Shown piece by piece: positions 57,631 through 64,000 of a DNA stretch of 64,000 nucleotides. Within the stretch, counting starts at the first letter, position 1; every line of letters starts with the position of its first letter. Made by a program: the position numbers and the translations under genes. The stretch comes from Promethearchaeota archaeon (GTDB taxonomy: Archaea > Asgardarchaeota > Lokiarchaeia > Sigyniarchaeales > SOKP01): contig JAUVNS010000006.1 of assembly GCA_030599585.1 (NCBI GenBank), forward strand, positions 1 through 64,000, given 5' to 3'. The notes beneath the pieces were generated by a model. That model searched no databases. It was not told the DNA's origin and saw only the letters and a program-made list of their open reading frames with translations.

Positions 57631-58458
57631 TTATTTTCCTTTAAAAATAGGGTCTCTTTTTTCTCTTAAAGACTTTGTCGATTCCCTAAAATCGTGTGTT
57701 TTAAAAGCTGCTTGAAGAGCTTCATTTTCTTTATCTAGCGTGTTTGATAATATATCTTTGAAGTAGGCATGCATAGTCTTCTTCATTAATTTTAAGGCAG
57801 TACTTGGTCCTTTTGGTGGTATTAATCTTTCGGCTTTTTCTCTTACAATAGCCATCAATTCCTCAGGAGGTACTGATTTATTAATCAATCCTAATTTTTC
57901 AGCCTCTTTCGCATAGATTTTTTCGCCAAAATATAATATTTCCTTAGCTTTCTGGAATCCAACATAAAACGGAAGTAAAAAAGAAAGCCCAAACTCAGGT
58001 ATTATTGCACGTTTAACAAATATTAATCCTAAATATGTTTCAGGATCATCAGCCATATAGATTAAATCAGCACCCGCCAGAGGCATTGTAAAACCTGCTC
58101 CTAAAGCTAACCCGTTTATAGCAGCAATCACAGGTTTATTAAAATTCCAAAATTTCATGCAAGTTTTTTTTTGAGCGATATCCAGCAAATCAATATCCTT
58201 CATTATTTCTTTGGGAATTTGAGTCATCATTTTCATGTTAAAATATCCTCCTGAGGAAAATGCTCTACCCTCCGGAGAGCCAGTAATAATTAAAACTCGA
58301 GCATTCTTATCTTTTTCCATGTCATCTAATGCTGCACATATTTCTAAAAAGGTCACAAATGATAGTGCGTTTCTTCTTTCAGGTCTATTAAAAGTAATAG
58401 TACAAATCCCGTTTTCTTCTTTCTCATAAAGAATATCTTCAAATTCTTCGATTTTCAT
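57631..58458 (-). CDS. Enoyl-CoA hydratase/isomerase family protein
   Basis: FNRPERRNAL, AFSSGG, KPVIAAINGLALGAG, IIPEFG (single Glu, isomerase-like). Confidence 0.9.
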   Translation of the reverse strand: MKIEEFEDILYEKEENGICTITFNRPERRNALSFVTFLEICAALDDMEKDKNARVLIITGSPEGRAFSSGGYFNMKMMTQIPKEIMKDIDLLDIAQKKTCMKFWNFNKPVIAAINGLALGAGFTMPLAGADLIYMADDPETYLGLIFVKRAIIPEFGLSFLLPFYVGFQKAKEILYFGEKIYAKEAEKLGLINKSVPPEELMAIVREKAERLIPPKGPSTALKLMKKTMHAYFKDILSNTLDKENEALQAAFKTHDFRESTKSLREKRDPIFKGK

Positions 58459-58573
58459 ATTAAAAACTCAAACACCTTAATTTGAATATATACAGAGTTT
58501 GATTTATTCATTTATAATTGTTTTCAACAAAAAAAAAGAAAAAAAAATAGACTTAATTTAGAAAACAAAACCA

Positions 58574-59758
58574 TTAAAGCAATTTAAATAATTGTCTTAG
58601 GGTTAAACTCATAATATATTGCTGCACTTGCCTTGTACCGCCGCCTATCTCTTGAATTCGAGTAATTCCCAAAAGATCATACATTAATGTATTATCACAA
58701 ACCCCAGCTCCACCCATAAGATTAGCACTTTCATAAACCACTCGTTCACATAGTTTTGTGCTAAGAAATTTCATTTGGGATGCAGTAGCAGCCAAAGCTA
58801 AGTTAAACTCTTTTGGTAATGTACCTAATTGCTCCATCTTATCATCAATCGTTTGACAAATTTTTAAACACGCTAAAGTCATGTTCATTGTTTGTGCCCA
58901 TAAGTCAGAAAGAGGAAATCCTACTCCTTGATATTTTAGAATTTCTTTATCAAACTGTTTTCTCATGTTAGTGTATATTACTGCGTGAGTGACTGCGTTC
59001 CATGCTTCAGCTAAATTTAAACAAACAATACCCAATCGTTCTAGATTAAGCCCCTCGAATAAATGTGATCTACCTTCGCCGGGTTTACCTAACACGCATT
59101 CAGATGGAACTTTTAGGTTTGACATTGTTTCTTTACCGATGTGTATTCTCGGGGTCCATGGAATGTTCACTCGCTCATGGGACCAACCATCCCAAGAAGT
59201 ATCAACTAAAAATTGAGCCATCGTGTTCCCGTTATTTTTTTCTGTAACAGCATAAACTACTGCCCAATCTGCTTTGCTACCATTGGTTTGATATATTTTT
59301 TGCCCATTTAAAATATAACTTCCATCTCCTTGTTCTTCACAGGTAGTGAGCATATGCACTGCGTCAGAACCTCTTTCTGGTTCAGTTATACATATACAAC
59401 CTATTTTTTCTCCCATTACTAATTCTTTTAAGGCTCTTAGTCGAATATCAACATTTTCATGATGAAGCATTAATGGATTGACGGCTAAAACTGTAGCTCC
59501 AGCGCCCATTGTTAGCTGTGGATCAAAGAAATCCATAGCTAAAACCCTCATAAATTCCGTAGTCATCCCGTAAGGCTCGAAGTTTAATCCAATATTATCA
59601 AATTTGTGCATTCGAGTAATATATCCGTTTTTGCCAATTTCGGGTATCCATTCGTAGAAATCTTCGTTATGGGTTATGTTTTTGTCCTTTTCAAATTTTA
59701 CGAAAAACTTTTGGGCTTGTTTAAGGAAATTGAAGTGCTTTGGTTTTAAAAAACTCAT
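58574..59758 (-). CDS. Acyl-CoA dehydrogenase
   Basis: ITEPERGSD, LNGQKIYQTNG, GLNLER, RKQF, EIGGGT. ATG at 59758 (MSFLKPKH) preferred over the TTG at 59863. Confidence 0.9.
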   Translation of the reverse strand: MSFLKPKHFNFLKQAQKFFVKFEKDKNITHNEDFYEWIPEIGKNGYITRMHKFDNIGLNFEPYGMTTEFMRVLAMDFFDPQLTMGAGATVLAVNPLMLHHENVDIRLRALKELVMGEKIGCICITEPERGSDAVHMLTTCEEQGDGSYILNGQKIYQTNGSKADWAVVYAVTEKNNGNTMAQFLVDTSWDGWSHERVNIPWTPRIHIGKETMSNLKVPSECVLGKPGEGRSHLFEGLNLERLGIVCLNLAEAWNAVTHAVIYTNMRKQFDKEILKYQGVGFPLSDLWAQTMNMTLACLKICQTIDDKMEQLGTLPKEFNLALAATASQMKFLSTKLCERVVYESANLMGGAGVCDNTLMYDLLGITRIQEIGGGTRQVQQYIMSLTLRQLFKLL

Positions 59759-59986
59759 CAAATTGTAATTTAAAAACTTATTACGGGTTTTTAGGGAGAG
59801 TTTTTCGAGAATTTCATCGTTAATACATTGAACTTGTCCTTTTTTAATAACCAATTTTATCAAATCTTTGATTTAGAAATAAATTAATAGTTATGAATAG
59901 TATTTGATGAAGTTCTTAAAATAATTTCATTAAATGTGGATTAAAAATTCTAAAAAAAATAGAAAAAATAATAATTAATTAAAAAA

Positions 59987-61015
59987 TTAATCGAACTCTA
60001 CAAGCACTTTTATTTCTTCATGTGGAGGGTTAGCTAATGTTTTAAACATTGAGGGGACTTCGTCTATTTTAATCGTTTTTGTAATTATAGGGGCTACATT
60101 TACTTTACCCTCAGAGATTAAATTTACCGAGGTTGCGAAAACTTCTTGATTAAAACTAAACACTCCTTTTATTGAAATATTTTTAAGCATTAACTGCATA
60201 AACCCTTTCATTTCGAAAGGTTCTACATGTATTCCAATAAGTGTTATTTGCCCTCCTTTTTTAACTAAATTCATTGATGTCATATAAGTTTCTGGAAGCC
60301 CCACACAATCAAAAACATGATCAGGTCCAATTTTTTTGGTGAATCTAACGATCTTATTCCAAGCATTTGGTTTTAAAGCTTTTTCTGCACCTAATTCAAG
60401 CGCTTTTTGCTGTTTTGATTCAACTGGTTCTATTACGTAAATACTACCAGCACCGGCAACTTTTAGCGCTTGAATCGTCATCAATCCTATTGTTCCCGCT
60501 CCAATAACTGCAACACTATCACCAATTTTTAAACCAGATTGTTGAATTGCGTACACACAGTTTGCTAAAGGCTCTACTGTAGCTCCTGCTTTAAACGACA
60601 TTGAATCCGGTAAGGCGTGTAACCTCTCCGCCTTCACATTTATGTATTCTGCCATTCCACCATTTTGTGTCGTACCTAAACCATTGTTAGTTAGTTTGCA
60701 CATGTTTTCTTGGTAATGGTTGCACCAATAACAATCATAGCATGGAACATTAGGGTTTACCGTTACTCGATGACCAACTTTCCATTTTCTTACATTATCG
60801 CCTACTTCCGCGATTTCTCCCGAAAACTCGTGACCAATAATGATACCAGGCAAATACATTCCCCCAGATTCGTAAGACTCAATTCCAGAACCACATACAC
60901 CGCAATATTTTACCTTTATTAATACCTCGTCAGAAAGAACCTCTGGTTTAGGTAAATCGTCTCTTATTTCAATTTGATGTTTTCCTACAAATACTGCTCC
61001 TTTCATATCTTTCAC
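59987..61015 (-). CDS. Zinc-dependent medium-chain dehydrogenase (butanediol/threonine/sorbitol DH-like)
   Basis: CGVCGS, GHEFSG, CYDCYWC..C, VEPLA, GAGTIG. Confidence 0.92.
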   Translation of the reverse strand: MKDMKGAVFVGKHQIEIRDDLPKPEVLSDEVLIKVKYCGVCGSGIESYESGGMYLPGIIIGHEFSGEIAEVGDNVRKWKVGHRVTVNPNVPCYDCYWCNHYQENMCKLTNNGLGTTQNGGMAEYINVKAERLHALPDSMSFKAGATVEPLANCVYAIQQSGLKIGDSVAVIGAGTIGLMTIQALKVAGAGSIYVIEPVESKQQKALELGAEKALKPNAWNKIVRFTKKIGPDHVFDCVGLPETYMTSMNLVKKGGQITLIGIHVEPFEMKGFMQLMLKNISIKGVFSFNQEVFATSVNLISEGKVNVAPIITKTIKIDEVPSMFKTLANPPHEEIKVLVEFD

Positions 61016-61058
61016 ACTCTATTAATTTTAATTAACCAAAATAAAGAATAAATTTTAT

Positions 61059-62774
61059 TTATAAAATTCCCATACTTCCTAGAAGTTTTGTTGCATCGGG
61101 GATTTTTGTTGAATCAATTTTAACATCTATTACAGCTGGTTTACCGGAATTTTTAGCTCTTTCTAGTGCCGGTTTAATTTCGTTTGGATCAGTCACAACC
61201 TCCCCATAACACCCAAATCCTTCAGCACATTTAGCATAATCAAAATTGGGTAATTCCACATCAATATAGTGTTTATTGGCAAATAATTTTTGACCTGATT
61301 TGAGCATTCCCCAACCGCTATTATTTCCTATCACATAGATTAGATTGCTTAAACCTAATCTTACAGCAGTTTCGAGATCTTGAATATTCATCATAAAACT
61401 ACCATCACCAGATATTGATATAACCTGTTTATCTGGTTTTGCTAGCTTCGCTCCAATACCATACCCTACAGAAGTTCCGAGATGACCCATACCAACAGCT
61501 TGCAAGTATGATAGTGGTGGTCTTGGTTTATAGAAATCTATTTGTTCTACAGTATAACAAGCGATATCCCCACCATCAGAAATGAAAATAGCATCCTCGT
61601 CCATGAATTCTAAGACATCCTTTACTAATCTTTGAGGCAATATTGGGATCTTATCTTTTGTTGCTTTTTTCATCATTCCAGCCATTTGTGTTTTTCTCAA
61701 AGCTACTAGGTCATCTAACCAAGGTCTGTTTTCAACTTCTTGTGTTTTCTTTGCTTCTTCTAATATTTGTTTTAAAAATTGTTTGCAATCGCTTACCACT
61801 CCTAAAGAAATAGGTTTTGCTCTTCCAATTATTCCTGGATCAATATCTACCTGTATCATTTTTTGAGAATCTTTCCAAAAAGGTTCATCCCCATGAGCCA
61901 TTATGTGACTAAATTTGCACCCAAGCGCTAAAACTACATCTGCTTCGGGACCTGCTTTTAAACCTGGACCATTAATACTTGTTCCAATAAAACTTTCTGA
62001 TTTACTTGATATTGTTCCAACTCCCATGAGCGTTGTCATAACGGGAATTTTTAAATATTCAGCAAATTCTTGAAGTTCTACCCATCCTCCAGACCTCGAA
62101 ACTCCACCTCCAGAGACAATTAACGGCTTTTCAGCTTTTACTAACAGTTCCAGTGATTTTTGGATAACTTCATTGCTAACTGCTGGTTTTTCAAAGCATC
62201 GATACTGAGCAGGAGACATTATGGGAATTTCACTTTCATCTTTCTCACTGAGAAATGCATCTTCGTAAATCTCTAATAACACTGGTCTTGGTCTCCCACT
62301 AGTAGCCTCTCGAAAAACTTTTTGAACTGCATCAGGAACTTCCTCTATTGTGCGAATGGATTTCTGATACTTCGTAATTGGTTTAAACATAGTAACTTGG
62401 TCAAGGTTTCCTTGGAGTGTGAACGAATCTGAAAATTTACTATTTACTTGAGGAACAATTACTATCATTGGTATATTATCACTCCACGCTGCACCTACAC
62501 CTGGAACGAGTTGGGTTGCACCAGGACCAACAGTTCCGAAACAGATACCCGGTTTATTAGTCACTCTTGCCCAAGCGTCAGCTGCTTGTGCTGCTGCTTG
62601 TTCGTGTCTAAACATAACAGTATTGATTCCTTTTTCACGACCCCACTTGTATATTGCATCAAACATATTTAAAAACTGGCCACCGATTATCCCAAACAAG
62701 TATTTGACATCTTCTTCAAGTAAGGCTTTGATAAGAACATCTCCACCATTTATAATATTCTTTTTTTCTTCCAA
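61059..62774 (-). CDS. ThDP-dependent enzyme, acetolactate-synthase-like / 2-hydroxyacyl-CoA lyase-like
   Basis: FRHEQAA..AADAWAR, GPG, DGGD, GHLG, GDGSF...GNNSGWG. Confidence 0.9.
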   Translation of the reverse strand: MEEKKNIINGGDVLIKALLEEDVKYLFGIIGGQFLNMFDAIYKWGREKGINTVMFRHEQAAAQAADAWARVTNKPGICFGTVGPGATQLVPGVGAAWSDNIPMIVIVPQVNSKFSDSFTLQGNLDQVTMFKPITKYQKSIRTIEEVPDAVQKVFREATSGRPRPVLLEIYEDAFLSEKDESEIPIMSPAQYRCFEKPAVSNEVIQKSLELLVKAEKPLIVSGGGVSRSGGWVELQEFAEYLKIPVMTTLMGVGTISSKSESFIGTSINGPGLKAGPEADVVLALGCKFSHIMAHGDEPFWKDSQKMIQVDIDPGIIGRAKPISLGVVSDCKQFLKQILEEAKKTQEVENRPWLDDLVALRKTQMAGMMKKATKDKIPILPQRLVKDVLEFMDEDAIFISDGGDIACYTVEQIDFYKPRPPLSYLQAVGMGHLGTSVGYGIGAKLAKPDKQVISISGDGSFMMNIQDLETAVRLGLSNLIYVIGNNSGWGMLKSGQKLFANKHYIDVELPNFDYAKCAEGFGCYGEVVTDPNEIKPALERAKNSGKPAVIDVKIDSTKIPDATKLLGSMGIL

Positions 62775-62865
62775 ATTTTTACACCTTCATCTTAAATTGT
62801 AATATTGATTTTAAAATTGGTTTTTATTGCTTAAATAATTACCTTTAACAAAAATGTAAAGGAGT

Positions 62866-63852
62866 TTAAATCTTATAACTGCTAAGCTTATCTAAATAAG
62901 CCTTTACGGCATTAGGAATTTTACTGATTTGGTTATTTTGAATTCTTAAAGTAGTTAAAGATTTTAAATTCGTAATGTCTTCGGGGATTTCATCCAGCAT
63001 GTTATAACTCAAATCTAAATATTTAAGATTAGTAAGCAAAAATATAGTTTTTGGTAATTCAATGATGTTATTTTTGCTTAGATTCAATTTTCTGAGTTTT
63101 CTAAGTAACGAAATTGATTCGGGTATTTTAAAATTTTCAGTATAGCCTACATGGAATTTTTTTAGCATATTTAAATATACAATAGTATCTTGTAAATTGG
63201 ATATAGAATCATACATATCAGGATTATGTTTCATGTATCTCCAATTAAAATAATTAAAGCTTAAAGACTCAATGTGCTTGTTTTTTATTGTTAACCAAAA
63301 TTCTCCAAGTTTAGAATCTTTAAGTTTTTCATAAAATTGATATGATTTTAACTCAAGGACATAATTCTCCTCGTTTTGTGCAAAAATAGCTTCTAAATCT
63401 AAGATAAACTTTGCCTCATTTGATACTATACCCACCACTAATGTAATTTTAGCTAGATATTCGTTTAACTCTTTATTTAGTGACTTTAATTGCATGTCAG
63501 TAAGTTCTAAATTCAGATCAAAAATAGCTTTTATTACTAGTGGTGAATTATCATGTTGAACTACCCATGTTAGCGTGTCTAACCCATCTTTTAAAAACTG
63601 ATTACCAATAAGGTTTACAGCAGAGCGTCTAACATACTGACTTTCATCTGATAAAAGAGAGCTTTCTACGATTTTGAAAATTTTTAGATCATGAAATTTT
63701 AGTTGATTCAAAACGGAAATTGATTCAGCGCGAATTTGTGGTTTATTACTTTCTTCAATTAAAGAAATTAATTGATCACGAGCGATATTTCGGTCAATTT
63801 CTTTATTTTTCAAGCTAGAGTATATGCTTTCTGGCGATAAGAACTTTCCCAT
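62866..63852 (-). CDS. HEAT-repeat + leucine-rich-repeat protein
   Basis: LLSDESQYVRRSAV and HDNSPLV HEAT-like repeats; C-terminal LRRs of the IPESI..L..L..L.LS.N.I pattern. Confidence 0.88.
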   Translation of the reverse strand: MGKFLSPESIYSSLKNKEIDRNIARDQLISLIEESNKPQIRAESISVLNQLKFHDLKIFKIVESSLLSDESQYVRRSAVNLIGNQFLKDGLDTLTWVVQHDNSPLVIKAIFDLNLELTDMQLKSLNKELNEYLAKITLVVGIVSNEAKFILDLEAIFAQNEENYVLELKSYQFYEKLKDSKLGEFWLTIKNKHIESLSFNYFNWRYMKHNPDMYDSISNLQDTIVYLNMLKKFHVGYTENFKIPESISLLRKLRKLNLSKNNIIELPKTIFLLTNLKYLDLSYNMLDEIPEDITNLKSLTTLRIQNNQISKIPNAVKAYLDKLSSYKI

Positions 63853-64000
63853 TTTTAACTAAAATAAAAAACCTAAATAGTTTACCCTAACTTGTCTTTA
63901 AAATTTAAATAATTTTACTTAATTAAAACTAATGAATTTTGTCAGAACTCATTAATAGATTTATAATCTCAATAAATTAAATTTATATATACGGTAAGTT

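Noticed and set aside
4188-62672. Short ORFs overlapping long genes on the opposite strand or in another frame (e.g. 4188..4490, 11490..11846, 23914..24312, 34452..34832, 34984..35403, 38321..38647)
   Set aside because: They are shadows of well-supported genes and carry no motifs of their own.
22542-63927. Near-matches of the regulon box at 22542 (TTTACATAGTTAAT) and 63914 (TTTACTTAATTAAA)
   Set aside because: Both lose the informative G, which is likely by chance in AT-rich DNA; the 22542 copy also lacks the ~23-nt TATA spacing.
1-64000. rRNA, tRNA, CRISPR array, IS/transposase, integrase or prophage
   Set aside because: No GC-rich structured RNA islands, regularly spaced repeats or mobile-element protein motifs were seen.

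Overview
AT-rich, gene-dense chromosomal window from an archaeon, most likely Asgard class Lokiarchaeia (Promethearchaeota). The assignment is inferred from IPG[FY]-TM-basic C-terminal anchors, a HEAT+LRR protein, AbrB-PhoU, Lrp next to glnA, a free-standing archaeal ThrRS editing domain and GAGGTG SD sites. I found no rRNA, tRNA, CRISPR array or mobile element. The first ~23 kb is housekeeping and accessory: GH20 hexosaminidase, HPS-like protein, SPFH, glnA, a heterodimeric ABC exporter, phoU and carAB. The best candidate for a new system lies at ~23.9-53 kb. An AbrB-like DNA-binding domain is fused to an apparently catalytically degenerate acyl-CoA-synthetase domain (23957..25768). A palindrome, WTTAC-N4-GTAAW, occurs in that gene's own promoter and in six other intergenic regions of a transport and ester/hydroxy-acid catabolic cluster, usually ~22-25 nt upstream of a TATA-like box. 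The cluster contains an Opp/Dpp-type importer whose two ATPases carry large N-terminal membrane domains, a surface-anchored SxxK hydrolase, three esterases, a FATP-like ligase, Fe-ADH, a CoA-transferase, ACAD, crotonase, ADHFE1-type transhydrogenase, MMSDH and AbfD. Other observations: a QueG-like pseudogene with TGA at a Cys position, probable ATT/ATC start codons, an unlisted 55-aa zinc-finger gene, and a shared N-terminal M..[FL]Q motif on membrane proteins. All calls come from motif recognition by eye; no searches were run.
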